Positions 16,258-26,149 of a DNA stretch of 32,000 bases are shown one piece after another. Made by a program: the position numbers and the translations under genes. The stretch comes from Telmatocola sphagniphila (lineage in GTDB: Bacteria > Planctomycetota > Planctomycetia > Gemmatales > Gemmataceae), in NCBI RefSeq assembly GCF_018398935.1, contig NZ_CP074694.1:3990001-4022000 (forward strand). Direction: 5' to 3'. The notes beneath the pieces were generated by a model. It did no database searches. It worked only from the letters and a program-made list of their open reading frames with translations, and was not told the origin of the DNA. Position 1 is the first letter of the stretch. The number at the start of each line of letters is the position of its first letter.

Positions 16258-17501
16258 CTCAACATAAGAAAGGACGAACCATGCCAGCTCGAAGACAGCA
16301 AGAGGTTCTGAAACGCCAATTCTATACATGGATAATCTACCAGCGTGACGGTATCTGGTACGCGGATGGCCGATCCGGAAATCCCTTCAACCTGGGTCGT
16401 AAATCACTTGGAAGCGCCGATAAAAATGAAGCCTTAGTAGCACTTGATGAACTCGATCGTCGAAAGGCAGTAGAGCATAATTTGGCCGATCGCTCAATCC
16501 TTGAACCGCAAAACTCAGGGCTCAGTATCAAGGATGGTAGGAAAGAGTATGAATCATTCATTGGGCGAGCTCCTGTGGCGGGTGGGACGCGATTTAGCAC
16601 GAAAAAGCGATATCGGACCGTCCTGGATAAGTTCGAAAAATTTTGTTTTAAACGAGGTATCTCCTACTGGAACCAGGTTAATTCTCGCGTGCTGGAACAG
16701 TACGTCACGCAGTTGGCGGCCGATGATTATGCGCAGGCATCACAGTATTTGGAAGTCACGACCCTGAAACAAGTAGTTTGCTTCCTGATTGATCGCGGCC
16801 ATCTGCCCTCAACTGCAAGAATAAAACTGAAATTGCGCAAGCCCCAAGGAACAACTACGTATTGCTATTCGGGAACCGAAGTACAGGCGATGATCGAGCG
16901 TTGCGAAAGTATTCCCGGATTACACTGGCTTCGCGATGTAATCGTGTTCCTGGCGTTTACTGGGCTGCGAATCTCGGAACTTGCCTCGTTGCGATGGGCG
17001 GATTTAAATTTTGAGGCGGGCCTGATCCACCTCAACGACGAAATGAACTTGGCGCGAAACCATCGGCAACGGGAAGTGCGGAGGACGAAGAGTGGACGGT
17101 CTCGAATGTTGCCCATCCACTCGCAACTGTCAGCAGTAATCCAGGAATTACCCCGTAATCGAGACGGCTATCTCCTCCATGGCCCGCTCGGTGGGCGATT
17201 GAAGCCGGATACCGTTCGCAACATCCTCGTCCGCGACGTTCTTGAACCTTTGGCCCCACGCTTTCCTGCAACCGAATATGGGAAGGGCTTTTGCGATGGC
17301 CGCCTGCATTCCTTCCGCCACTACTTTTGTTCGCGGTGCGTAGCGAACGGGATCCCCGAGCTGACAATTAAAGAGTGGCTGGGCCATCGCGATAGCAAGA
17401 TGGTTCAGCACTATTATCACTTATCGAATACGGAATCACGAAGGCAGATAGAGAAACTGTCTTTCGAAGATACCTCCCGGGAGGTCCGGGAGGTAGGTTG
17501 A
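16245..17501 (+). CDS. Tyrosine recombinase / phage-type integrase
   Basis: 418 aa. FLAFTGLRISELASLRWADLNF carries the catalytic R. HSFRHYFCSRCVANGIPELTIKEWLGHRDSKMVQHYYH carries H-x-x-R ... H ... Y. It ends 160 bp from the 3' end of tRNA-Ser. Confidence 0.9.
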   Translation: MEEVTQHKKGRTMPARRQQEVLKRQFYTWIIYQRDGIWYADGRSGNPFNLGRKSLGSADKNEALVALDELDRRKAVEHNLADRSILEPQNSGLSIKDGRKEYESFIGRAPVAGGTRFSTKKRYRTVLDKFEKFCFKRGISYWNQVNSRVLEQYVTQLAADDYAQASQYLEVTTLKQVVCFLIDRGHLPSTARIKLKLRKPQGTTTYCYSGTEVQAMIERCESIPGLHWLRDVIVFLAFTGLRISELASLRWADLNFEAGLIHLNDEMNLARNHRQREVRRTKSGRSRMLPIHSQLSAVIQELPRNRDGYLLHGPLGGRLKPDTVRNILVRDVLEPLAPRFPATEYGKGFCDGRLHSFRHYFCSRCVANGIPELTIKEWLGHRDSKMVQHYYHLSNTESRRQIEKLSFEDTSREVREVG

Positions 17502-17660
17502 ACGTTATAGGTCTGGAGGTCGCTGCGGAGAAGAAGGAGAAATCTGAGAGTTACTGGGACATCGATTGACACAGTATTGGCACAGGCGACTGTGCCAATC
17601 AGATGGGATAAGCGTAAATCCAATAATTACAGGGGTTTACGGAAAGGCTCGAAAATGATA

Positions 17661-17747
17661 CGGAGAGGGGGGGATTCGAACCCCCGATAGGGTTTCCCCT
17701 ATATCGGTTTTCGAAACCGACGCATTCAACCGCTCTGCCACCTCTCC
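17661..17747 (-). tRNA. tRNA-Ser (anticodon CGA)
   Basis: The minus strand reads GGAGAGGTGGCAGAGCGGTTGAATGCGTCGGTTTCGAAAACCGATATAGGGGAAACCCTATCGGGGGTTCGAATCCCCCCCTCTCCG. It has a 7-bp acceptor stem, the anticodon loop TTCGAAA, a long variable arm (class II tRNA), and a GTTCGAATC T-loop. CCA is not encoded. Confidence 0.9.
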
Positions 17748-17807
17748 AATAATGCGGGAGGGACATTCTACAAGGCAAACATGTTCGGGGAAAGACGTTT
17801 CTCCCAC

Positions 17808-18611
17808 TCATTCCGACACAAATCCATTCAAATACTTCGTTACAATCCGCGCGGCACGCTCCGTCACCGGCACCGGCACCCGAATCGACAAGGAATAAAC
17901 CGCCTCACCCACCGGGTCGACGCAATAGAAAACTCTTCCCTTGGTTACCGCAGTGGCCGTGGACTGTTCCCATTCCACCCCCTCATACCGGCGATTTCTC
18001 TGCTGAAACTGTAACGGATTCTTCACCAAGGCCTGCGCCCCCTCCGTGACCCGCATTAACTCCGCCGACAAAAAATCCTCGGCCGGGTGGTCGATGATCG
18101 CCCGAGTATCGACCTTTCTCCAGTCGGCCCTCAATTCGATCTCCGTTCCCGATAATGTCGTCCGATAGCCCTGCCCTTTCTGAAAAAACCGTTCTCCCGG
18201 TATCTCCTGCGGTACGCGAAGCTTCGCCGGCCAGAGAGCCGTGTTTTCCGGCTTATCCAATGCGAGCGTTTCCCAAGCGACACTATCCTGAGTTGCTAGC
18301 TCCGGGGCCTTACCCTGGTAATACCGCCAGACGGCATACATGCTCCCCGCCGTGAGCAACAGACTTAGCACGGCCAGCATCCAGGTCGGCAACATCGGCT
18401 GCTTCGGCTGTCGGGGTGCGACCGGTTTCGGAACAGTTTCAACTGGGATAATCGGTTTATCGTCGACAAACGGCTTCGCACGCGGCAATTGCACATCGAA
18501 CGCCTGATTGCAAAGCGGACAGAGAATGGTCTTACCCAGGGTATCGGAATCAGCCTGGATCGTACGGCGACAGTGCGGACAATCGAGCGTAATCATGCGA
18601 TTTTCGACCAA
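17808..18611 (-). CDS. Membrane protein with an N-terminal zinc ribbon
   Basis: 267 aa. It has CPHCRRTIQ...CPLCNQAF (CxxC-x17-CxxC) and one hydrophobic helix (MLPTWMLAVLSLLLTAGSMYAVW). The C-terminal domain has no motif I recognise. Confidence 0.6.
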   Translation of the reverse strand: MVENRMITLDCPHCRRTIQADSDTLGKTILCPLCNQAFDVQLPRAKPFVDDKPIIPVETVPKPVAPRQPKQPMLPTWMLAVLSLLLTAGSMYAVWRYYQGKAPELATQDSVAWETLALDKPENTALWPAKLRVPQEIPGERFFQKGQGYRTTLSGTEIELRADWRKVDTRAIIDHPAEDFLSAELMRVTEGAQALVKNPLQFQQRNRRYEGVEWEQSTATAVTKGRVFYCVDPVGEAVYSLSIRVPVPVTERAARIVTKYLNGFVSE

Positions 18612-18747
18612 AGTACGGATTCGGTTCTTCCCCGGTTTTGTAGTGAATGTTCACTAATTCAGTTAAGTTAGCTCTTCACCCATCGTACGTCTTGATCTAT
18701 GTTAAGGGAAACGTTTCGCAAACTCATACTGCGACTGGAGATTTCGG

Positions 18748-19821
18748 ATGCGGAAATTATTCGGCGTCACACTGGCGATGCTACTCATCGGCCTGCCGTT
18801 GACGGCTCAAGACAAAAAGCCGGAAGGCGAAGAGAAAAAACCTCTGACCGCCAAGCAGCTCAATAAAGAGGTCCTGGACGAAATTCAAAAATTCCAGAAG
18901 GAAAACAAATCGGGCGATCGCGCCGAGTTGTTGAAAGTTGTCGATCAGGGTTTCGAACGCTTCCTTCGCGCTATCGAAGATAATCCCAAAGCCAGCGACA
19001 TCAACGATATGGTCTCTTTCGCTGCTCGCTACGTTACGAGCGAAAAGAGTATGAACAAGCTTGGCGAAACGGTCGTTTTGAAGACCAATATTCTGCAAGG
19101 CGAAAAGCCCTTTCAAGTGATCATGATGCTCGGTGGTCGAAATCCCAAGTTCCTGGACAAGGCCATGGAACTCAACAAGTCGAAGGAAGTGACGGCTCTG
19201 GTCTCTTTCCTTAAAGCTCAAGCTGCAATGAGCGAATTCTCGGAATCGGGCAAAAAAGAAGACAAGGAAAAAGTGTTGAAGCTAGTGGCCGCAGTTCCAG
19301 CTGATATGGCTCTGGATATCGGCAGCCCCCGCAAGTATGAAATCGGTAAGATGGCCGCTAAACTCCCCAAGAAGCTCGAAGCCATTGAAAACCTGGCGGT
19401 TGGCAAACCGATGCCGGAAATCATCTCCAAAGATCTCGATGGCAAGTCTGTCAAGTTGACCGACTATAAGAACAAGGTTGTCGTTCTCGACATCTGGGCA
19501 ACCTGGTGTGGCCCCTGCCGAGCGATGATTCCGCACGAACGGGAGATGGTCGAAAAACTGAAAGACAAACCTTTCAACCTGATCAGCCTGAGCGCGGATG
19601 GCGAGGTGAAGACTCTGAAAGACTTCCTGGAAAAAGAAAAGATGCCTTGGACCCACTGGCACATCGGGGCTTCGGGCGAAGTTCACGACATTCTTAACAT
19701 CGAACACTACCCGACCATATTCGTGGTCGATCACAAGGGCGTGATTCGCTATAAGGAAATTCGCGGTGAACAGTTGGAAGAAGCCGTCGAAAAGCTTCTG
19801 AAAGAAATGGAAACCAAGTAG
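18748..19821 (+). CDS. Secreted TlpA/ResA-like thiol:disulfide oxidoreductase (thioredoxin fold)
   Basis: Signal peptide MRKLFGVTLAMLLIGLPLTAQ. The C-terminal redoxin domain reads VVVLDIWATWCGPCRAMIPHE (WCxxC active site) ...YPTIFVVDHKGVIRY. Confidence 0.8.
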   Translation: MRKLFGVTLAMLLIGLPLTAQDKKPEGEEKKPLTAKQLNKEVLDEIQKFQKENKSGDRAELLKVVDQGFERFLRAIEDNPKASDINDMVSFAARYVTSEKSMNKLGETVVLKTNILQGEKPFQVIMMLGGRNPKFLDKAMELNKSKEVTALVSFLKAQAAMSEFSESGKKEDKEKVLKLVAAVPADMALDIGSPRKYEIGKMAAKLPKKLEAIENLAVGKPMPEIISKDLDGKSVKLTDYKNKVVVLDIWATWCGPCRAMIPHEREMVEKLKDKPFNLISLSADGEVKTLKDFLEKEKMPWTHWHIGASGEVHDILNIEHYPTIFVVDHKGVIRYKEIRGEQLEEAVEKLLKEMETK

Positions 19822-19840
19822 ATTCTGGCGGATCGAAACA

Positions 19841-19875
19841 GAAGAGGCGGGAAAATTCCCGCCTCTTCTCGTTTT
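19841..19875. terminator. Intrinsic-terminator-like hairpin between two convergent genes
   Basis: GAAGAGGCGGG-aaaatt-CCCGCCTCTTC is a perfect 11-bp stem followed by TCGTTTT. It lies between the stop codon of the TlpA-like gene and the stop codon of rho. Confidence 0.7.
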
Positions 19876-21389
19876 CAGGTTAGATTCATTTTGCCCAGGA
19901 ACTCGCTGTTCGATTTGCTCCGTCCCATACGACTAGTGAGCAATTCCATCGCCTCCACCGGGTGCATATCACTCAGCACCTTGTGAAGAATATCGACCCA
20001 TTTCGATTCATCGACTTCCCGAAGCAGGTCTTCGCGGCGGGTGCCGCTGGCATTGACGTCGATGGCGGGCCAGACACGCTTGTCGACCAGCCGACGATCC
20101 AGATGCAACTCCATGTTCCCGGTGCCCTTGAACTCTTCGAAAATTACATCGTCCATCTTGGAGCCGGTGTCGACGAGCGCGGTTCCGATGATAGTGAGAG
20201 AGCCCCCTTCTTCCAGATTGCGAGCCGCTCCGAAGAACTTCTTGGGCTTGAATAAAGCCGCCGCATCCAGACCACCCGAGAGAATTTTACCGCTGTTGGG
20301 CACCTCGGCATTGTAAGCCCGGGCCAGGCGGGTGATGGAATCGAGTAGGATCACCACGTCGGTGCCATATTCGACCAGACGCTTGGCTTTTTCCATTACC
20401 ATCTCGCTGACCTGCACGTGGCGGCTGGTCGGCTCATCGAAAGTACTACTGATAACCTCGGCGCGGGGACCTTTGACGGTCCGTGACATATCAGTCACTT
20501 CTTCGGGTCGTTCATCGATGAGCAGAACGATGATGTAGCATTCCGGGTGGTTCTTCAAAATTGCCTGGGCGAGCTTCTGCAGTAACACCGTCTTACCGGT
20601 TCGCGGCGGAGCCACAATCATGGCCCGTTGCCCCTTCCCGATCGGAGTAATCAGATCGATCACCCGGGTATTCAGTTCGGCCGCTTCGGTTTCCAGTTTG
20701 AATCGCCTGTTCGGAAACAACGGCGTCAGATCCTCGAACACGGCTTTCTGCGTCAGAAGTTCCGGATCGCGGTAATTGATGGCCTCGACACGCAACAAGG
20801 CGAAGTAGCGCTCGTTTTCTTTAGGTGGCCGAATCTGTCCGGCAACCACAGCTCCGTTACGTAAGCCGAAACGGCGGATCTGGCTGGGGGAGATGTAGAT
20901 ATCATCCGGGCCCGGCAGGTAGTTAAAATCGGGGCTGCGCAAAAAGCCGAAACCGTCGGGAAGGATTTCCAGAGTTCCTTCGCCGAACATCAGGCCGTTC
21001 TGTTTCACCCGTTCCTTGAGAATGGTGAATATCAGATCCTGCTTCTTCAGGCTGGCCCAGTTTTCGCGCGGCAGATTTTCGTCGCGGGCCAGCTGCTGCA
21101 GCTGAATCATGTTCATCTGCTGCAGTTCGGTGATGTATGTGCTGCCGCGCTTCACTTCTTCGTAGCGTTTGTTGGTATCGCGATCATAACCGACAAACGT
21201 ACTCTCGCCGTGAGAATGGGAATTTTTCCCATGCGGCGAGACATTGTCGCTGACCGGAGCGCGCGCAGGTGGTGCCGGGGGGGACTCGACAACATCCAAA
21301 CCTTCACCGAACTCCGCCGGTGAGGTTGGGGGAGCATCCGCCTTGGCCCGTATGCGGGCCGGCTTGGGCTCATGCATAACTTCCGACAT
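19875..21389 (-). CDS. rho: Transcription termination factor Rho (with an N-terminal extension)
   Basis: 504 aa. The RNA-binding region reads [37 protein letters not shown]. Walker A is APPRTGKT. Also present: [26 protein letters not shown] and [13 protein letters not shown]. Confidence 0.95.
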   Translation of the reverse strand: MSEVMHEPKPARIRAKADAPPTSPAEFGEGLDVVESPPAPPARAPVSDNVSPHGKNSHSHGESTFVGYDRDTNKRYEEVKRGSTYITELQQMNMIQLQQLARDENLPRENWASLKKQDLIFTILKERVKQNGLMFGEGTLEILPDGFGFLRSPDFNYLPGPDDIYISPSQIRRFGLRNGAVVAGQIRPPKENERYFALLRVEAINYRDPELLTQKAVFEDLTPLFPNRRFKLETEAAELNTRVIDLITPIGKGQRAMIVAPPRTGKTVLLQKLAQAILKNHPECYIIVLLIDERPEEVTDMSRTVKGPRAEVISSTFDEPTSRHVQVSEMVMEKAKRLVEYGTDVVILLDSITRLARAYNAEVPNSGKILSGGLDAAALFKPKKFFGAARNLEEGGSLTIIGTALVDTGSKMDDVIFEEFKGTGNMELHLDRRLVDKRVWPAIDVNASGTRREDLLREVDESKWVDILHKVLSDMHPVEAMELLTSRMGRSKSNSEFLGKMNLT

Positions 21390-21533
21390 GTGAACTCCCT
21401 TTCAGGAGGAGAGGCACCGCGCGATTTGGGAGGATGTGCGAACGACATCCGTGAATGGGCATCGCGGCAGGTGATCAGGCTGAAAAAATCTCTCTGTTTA
21501 TCATACACAACATAAGACGACGGCGATTGTCCT

Positions 21534-22139
21534 TTAACGCCTCCAACCCCAATTTTTAAGCAAAGAAACTAGCTGAGTACTGATTTCCGGTGAATCCGGG
21601 TCGTTTGCAAGGACTGCGTCAGCCCGGGCCTTTTTCACTTCCAGGGGGAGTTGCGAAGATTCTCTGTCTCTCAAATCCTCCGCGGACCAACCTCGAGCTT
21701 TCACACGCTTTTCGCGAGTTGACAAAGAAGCCTCGACAAACAAAATTTTGTCGCAAACTCCGTTCCAACCGGTCTCCAGCATGATGGCCGCGTCTAGTAT
21801 GACCATCTGGCATACCGGGTTAGCTGAGAAATCTTTCATCCTTAACCGAATCTCATCGGAGATCCAAGGAATGACAATAGATTCCAGCTTTTCCCTCTCA
21901 AGGGGATCTTTGAAAACAATGCTGCCTAACTTTCGACGATCCACACTGCCATCTTCTTTCAATATTTTTGGCCCAAATGCTTCGATTATTTTTTGAAGAT
22001 TCTCCGCATCTCGCAAAGCGGCGTGTCCGATCTGATCGGCATCAATCAGACAGCCCCCCAGTTTCACGAGTGCCTGACTAACGGTGGACTTACCGGCCCC
22101 AATGCCGCCGACAATTCCAATGACGGGTTTGTGGTTCAT
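21534..22139 (-). CDS. coaE: Dephospho-CoA kinase
   Basis: 201 aa. It has the P-loop IGIVGGIGAGKSTV and DADQIGH, with the typical CoaE length and layout. Confidence 0.85.
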   Translation of the reverse strand: MNHKPVIGIVGGIGAGKSTVSQALVKLGGCLIDADQIGHAALRDAENLQKIIEAFGPKILKEDGSVDRRKLGSIVFKDPLEREKLESIVIPWISDEIRLRMKDFSANPVCQMVILDAAIMLETGWNGVCDKILFVEASLSTREKRVKARGWSAEDLRDRESSQLPLEVKKARADAVLANDPDSPEISTQLVSLLKNWGWRR

Positions 22140-22187
22140 CCTGTTAGTTTAGAGAGGTCGTTCGTCCGGGAAGGTTCGAACCATGCC

Positions 22188-23027
22188 TCAGCGACGTTCA
22201 GATCGCAAATCGGTGGAGCGTCGTTGCACTCTTGCCCAGAAGCTCTCATCCATTTGAGGGCAGAAATCCTGGACGAGTTCCTTGATCCGAACCGTTTTCG
22301 CCTTCAGAACCGGATCTTTCTTCGCTCTTTCCGATACATACGACGGCTTCATGACCATCCAGGCGAAAACCTCCGCCTTATCTTCCTCGAGGCCACTGGT
22401 GCTGTAGCGGGTCAGGAAGCCCGGAAGGTCCTCCGTTAACAGGGAAGAGTTGCGATCCCCTTGCATCGCCGGCCCACCATAGCCGTATTTAAAGCTGCGC
22501 GGATTCAGTTTCAGCCAGCGCTCGTCCTGATAGACCTGACCGTCGTCTTTCCAGTCCACCACATGAAAGAACTCGTGATGCAGAATCTGTCGAGTATAGA
22601 CCGAATTTTCCCGCCCCCGGATAATGTCCACCAGGAGATCATCATGGTAATAATCGGGGAGCGCGGTCCGAAGCTGACCGTTGAAAGCCAATCCTTTGCA
22701 CAGGATCACCCGGCGAAGATTCGTTTTCCGGATCATCTCGACGGGGTAAAGACTCCATTCTTCAATGAAAAGTGCGGCGTAATTCTCAACATCACTCGGC
22801 TCGGCAATTTGACCGGTGATCAAATCTTTGCCATAGGGAATGGGAAACGCTGGCTGGGTCACTACCTGTATGCAGTACTTTTTTGCCAGCTCTTCAAGTG
22901 CGACCAATCGGGGCTGAGTATCGGCGCTCACGTCCACACCGGGTTGCACTGTAGGCAGCTCTGCTTCGCGCCGACATCCGGTGAGAAACAGAGCCAATAA
23001 TCCGAGTGCTTGGAGAGTACTTCGCAT
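22188..23027 (-). CDS. Lipoprotein with an HExxH motif (putative zinc metallopeptidase-like)
   Basis: Lipobox LALFLTGC at the N-terminus. The motif HHEFFHVVDW is an HExxH. I recognise no further family. Confidence 0.5.
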   Translation of the reverse strand: MRSTLQALGLLALFLTGCRREAELPTVQPGVDVSADTQPRLVALEELAKKYCIQVVTQPAFPIPYGKDLITGQIAEPSDVENYAALFIEEWSLYPVEMIRKTNLRRVILCKGLAFNGQLRTALPDYYHDDLLVDIIRGRENSVYTRQILHHEFFHVVDWKDDGQVYQDERWLKLNPRSFKYGYGGPAMQGDRNSSLLTEDLPGFLTRYSTSGLEEDKAEVFAWMVMKPSYVSERAKKDPVLKAKTVRIKELVQDFCPQMDESFWARVQRRSTDLRSERR

Positions 23028-23089
23028 CGGCCGATTCTATATTTTGTGGGCATTCATCCCGAGCTGGTAATTACTGATAAGTAATATAC

Positions 23090-24064
23090 CTACTCGAAGT
23101 CATCTTTCATAGACGATTTGTGTCGATCCGTCAAAGGAACTGCAATTTCTGAGATTAATTCGTTCAAAATCGATTGAGCCGTCTTACGACGTAGGCGAGC
23201 TTCCGGACGTAATATCAACCGATGGCACATCACTGGGCCTGCCATCTTCTTGATATCGTCGGGCAAAACAAAGTCTCGACCGTTTAAGGCCGCCATCGCT
23301 TGTGACGTTCGGAACAAAGCGATTGAGGCTCGCGGCGAACCCCCCAGTTGAATTTCTTCATGTTCACGTGTGGCATGAACTATCTCAAGAATGTACTTCC
23401 GAATCTTGTCATCGACATGGATATCCCGCGTGGCCTCCTGACAAGCCAACCAATCTTCGGTCTTCACCACCGGGTTCAATTCATCGATCGGGTGCCCCTT
23501 CTGAAGTTTCAGGAGCATCTTGCTCTCTTCTTCCATCGTGGGATAACCGAGACTGAGCCGGACCAGAAAGCGGTCCAGCTGAGCTTCGGGAAGCGGGAAG
23601 GTACCTTCCTGATCGATGGGATTCTGGGTGGCGATGACCAGGAACGGGGCTTTCAAATCATAGGTCTTGCCATCGGCTGTCACTCGACGCTCGGCCATCG
23701 CCTCGAGCAAAGCCGCTTGAGTACGAGGTGTGGCCCGGTTGATTTCGTCGGCCAGCAATGTTTGAGTAAAAATCGGCCCAGGTCGAAATTCGAAGTCGAT
23801 AGTCTTCTGATTGAAGATCGATACGCCGGTAATGTCGGTGGGCAAAAGGTCGGGCGTGCACTGCAGCCGTTTGAAGGAGGATTGTACGCTTCGAGCCAGA
23901 GCCCGGGCCAGCATGGTCTTGGCAACCCCGGGAACATCCTCAAGCAGAATATGTCCTTCGCACAGGTAGGCCGCGAGGCAGAGGGTCAGTTGCGGCCGTT
24001 TGCCGATGATGACCTTCTCGATATTGGAAATAACTTTCTGCCCAACCGCAGCGATATCGACCAT
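23090..24064 (-). CDS. moxR: MoxR-family AAA+ ATPase
   Basis: 324 aa. GHILLEDVPGVAKT (Walker A variant typical of MoxR), LLADEINRATPRTQAALLEAM (Walker B), ATQNPIDQEGTFPLPEAQLDRF. Confidence 0.9.
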   Translation of the reverse strand: MVDIAAVGQKVISNIEKVIIGKRPQLTLCLAAYLCEGHILLEDVPGVAKTMLARALARSVQSSFKRLQCTPDLLPTDITGVSIFNQKTIDFEFRPGPIFTQTLLADEINRATPRTQAALLEAMAERRVTADGKTYDLKAPFLVIATQNPIDQEGTFPLPEAQLDRFLVRLSLGYPTMEEESKMLLKLQKGHPIDELNPVVKTEDWLACQEATRDIHVDDKIRKYILEIVHATREHEEIQLGGSPRASIALFRTSQAMAALNGRDFVLPDDIKKMAGPVMCHRLILRPEARLRRKTAQSILNELISEIAVPLTDRHKSSMKDDFE

Positions 24065-24189
24065 AGCCTTTTCCTGGGAAGAATTACCTTCCTCCTATAG
24101 TATTTGTTCGGGCTCGAAGCCGTAGTACAAATCGTCGGTTCATGCGTTCAATCGATTGTCATGCTCCCGGTACCCTTCATGGTCTTGTG

Positions 24190-24668
24190 GGGCGAAATTT
24201 TTACCTTTCTTCCCAGATTCACTCCGCCCTCCGCAATCCCCGCGGTTCAATTTTCAGAACTTTAACCGCAGAGAGCGCCGAGTACACAGAGAAATACACA
24301 ACAACACTCAACGAATAGGCTTCCTTCCCGTTGAAAATGCTTTGCATTTTCAACACTCACAGTACTGAGCACTGGCCCCACAGACTTAAACCTCTCTGTG
24401 CTCTCTGTGTGCTCTGTGGTGAAATTCTCTTTCCTCCTCCGCGGCGGTTCAATTTTCAGAACTTTAACCGCAGAGAGCGCCGAGTACACAGAGAAATACA
24501 CAACAACACTCAACGAATAGGCTTCCTTCCCGTTGAAAATGCTTTGCATTTTCAACACTCACAGTACTGAGCACTGGCCCCACAGACTTAAACCTCTCTG
24601 TGCTCTCTGTGTGCTCTGTGGTGAAATTCTCTTTCCACCTCCGCGGCGGTTTCCTCCCACAGAGAGCT
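24190..24668. repeat. About 2.3 tandem copies of a 202-bp structured repeat in the divergent moxR / PQQ-propeller intergenic region
   Basis: 24244-24445 and 24446-24647 are essentially identical, with partial units on both sides. Each unit holds a perfect palindrome GTTGAAAATGC-tt-GCATTTTCAAC (24330-24354 and 24532-24556). That palindrome is flanked by mutually inverted CACAGAG-rich arms: AACCGCAGAGAGCGCCGAGTACACAGAGAAA and CCTCTCTGTGCTCTCTGTGTGCTCTGTGGTG. Confidence 0.9.
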
Positions 24669-24750
24669 AATTCGTTGCAAGCCACGACGCCATGCGGTAT
24701 ATTCAGATCAACCTTCCTATGACTTAACAACTTCCGCACTCGAGACTCCT

Positions 24751-26007
24751 ATGTTAAGACGCCGATTTCTCACTTTATTTCTTGCCTCCACTCTTTTCGG
24801 ATTCACCAGGGAAATCCAAGCGCAAGATTGGCCCCAATTTCGCGGCCCCCATCGCGACGGCGTCTCCCCCGATAAGGGACTCCTGAAGGAATGGCCTAAA
24901 GACGGCCCCGAAGTCGTCTGGAAGTGTAGCGACCTCGGTGTCGGCTTCTCCTCAGTAGCGATTCAAGGCGACCGTATCTACACCATGGGGGATTTGAAAG
25001 ACGGCTGCTACGTCTTTGGGATTGATCGAGCCAAAGGAACACTTCTCTGGAAGAAACTGATCGGTAAAGCGGGTGGCAACTACGTCGGACCACGTTGCAC
25101 GCCGACGGCGGATGGCGATTCTGTCTATGCCCTGGGTCAGTTCGGCGATTTCGTCTGTCTGGATTCCAAAACCGGAGAAGAACGTTGGAAGAAAAATATC
25201 GGCAAGGACTTCAAAGGCCGATCGGGAGGGTGGAACTTTGCCGAATCTCCGCTGATCGATGGAGACAAACTCGTCGTTACCCCCGGCGGGGCCGATTTCA
25301 CCATGGTTGCCCTGAACAAAAAGACGGGTGATCTGATTTGGAAGGGCCTGGTCCCGGGCGGCGACACGGCGGGGTACTCTTCCATCGTGGTGGCCGATAT
25401 CGACGGCGTGAAACAGTACATTCAGCTGATGGCCAACGGTCTAGTGAGCTTCTCCGCTGATAAAGGGGAACTGCTCTGGCGTTACGGCACCGGTAATGAT
25501 CGGTTTGGTCATAATACCGCCAATATTCCGACGGCCATCGTTCAGGGCAATCAGATTTTCGCTTCCGCTGGATATGGTCGCGGAGCCGCATTGTTGACGG
25601 TCAGCAGCAGTGGTGGCAAATTCGATGTGCATGAGGAGTACTGGGTAAACGCTCTTACCAACAAGCATGGCGGTGTCATTCACGTCGGCGACTCTGTCTA
25701 TGGGGATCGCGATGATAGCGGCCGGCCCTGGAGTGCCGATTTCAAAACGGGGAAAGTAAAATGGTCCAAGTCGGATCGGTCCAAAGGAAACGGCTCGGCC
25801 TCCCCGACGTTTGCCGATGGGCTACTTTACATTCGCTACGCCAATGGTTGGGTTTCTCTGGTAAATCCAGAGGATGGCAAGGAAATCAGCACGTTCAAAA
25901 TTCCCAACGGTAGCAGTAATTGCTGGGCGCACCCGGTGGTGATTGGCGGAAAGATGTACATCCGGGAAAACGACACGCTGTGGTGTTACGATGTGAAGGG
26001 GAAATAG
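24751..26007 (+). CDS. Secreted PQQ-like beta-propeller repeat protein
   Basis: 418 aa with a signal peptide (MLRRRFLTLFLASTLFGFTREIQA). The opening DWPQFRGPHRDG and repeated ...G..lW+... blades are typical of PQQ_2/BamB-like propellers. Confidence 0.8.
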   Translation: MLRRRFLTLFLASTLFGFTREIQAQDWPQFRGPHRDGVSPDKGLLKEWPKDGPEVVWKCSDLGVGFSSVAIQGDRIYTMGDLKDGCYVFGIDRAKGTLLWKKLIGKAGGNYVGPRCTPTADGDSVYALGQFGDFVCLDSKTGEERWKKNIGKDFKGRSGGWNFAESPLIDGDKLVVTPGGADFTMVALNKKTGDLIWKGLVPGGDTAGYSSIVVADIDGVKQYIQLMANGLVSFSADKGELLWRYGTGNDRFGHNTANIPTAIVQGNQIFASAGYGRGAALLTVSSSGGKFDVHEEYWVNALTNKHGGVIHVGDSVYGDRDDSGRPWSADFKTGKVKWSKSDRSKGNGSASPTFADGLLYIRYANGWVSLVNPEDGKEISTFKIPNGSSNCWAHPVVIGGKMYIRENDTLWCYDVKGK

Positions 26008-26149
26008 GATTCCGTGGGCGAGCAAAAAGCCTCAAACGAAATGCTAATGAAAATTGTTATTGATTGAGAGGTTATTACAGGAGTAATATCTCCAATACAG
26101 ATCAATTGAATGAGGCCTCCCCGGTTCGTTAGCTTCCGAAGAGGAATCC

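Noticed and set aside
1-17660. A second copy of the tRNA-Ser 3' end (attL) inside the window
   Set aside because: I looked for GGATTCGAACCCCC and neighbouring tRNA sequence by eye and found only the tRNA itself. The boundary cannot be called without a computed repeat search on a longer sequence.
23348-24100. 250-aa plus-strand ORF
   Set aside because: It is antisense to the well-supported moxR gene.
24156-24739. Four ORFs of 70-98 aa on both strands
   Set aside because: They lie entirely within the 202-bp tandem repeat and repeat each other's sequence. This is consistent with non-coding repeat DNA.
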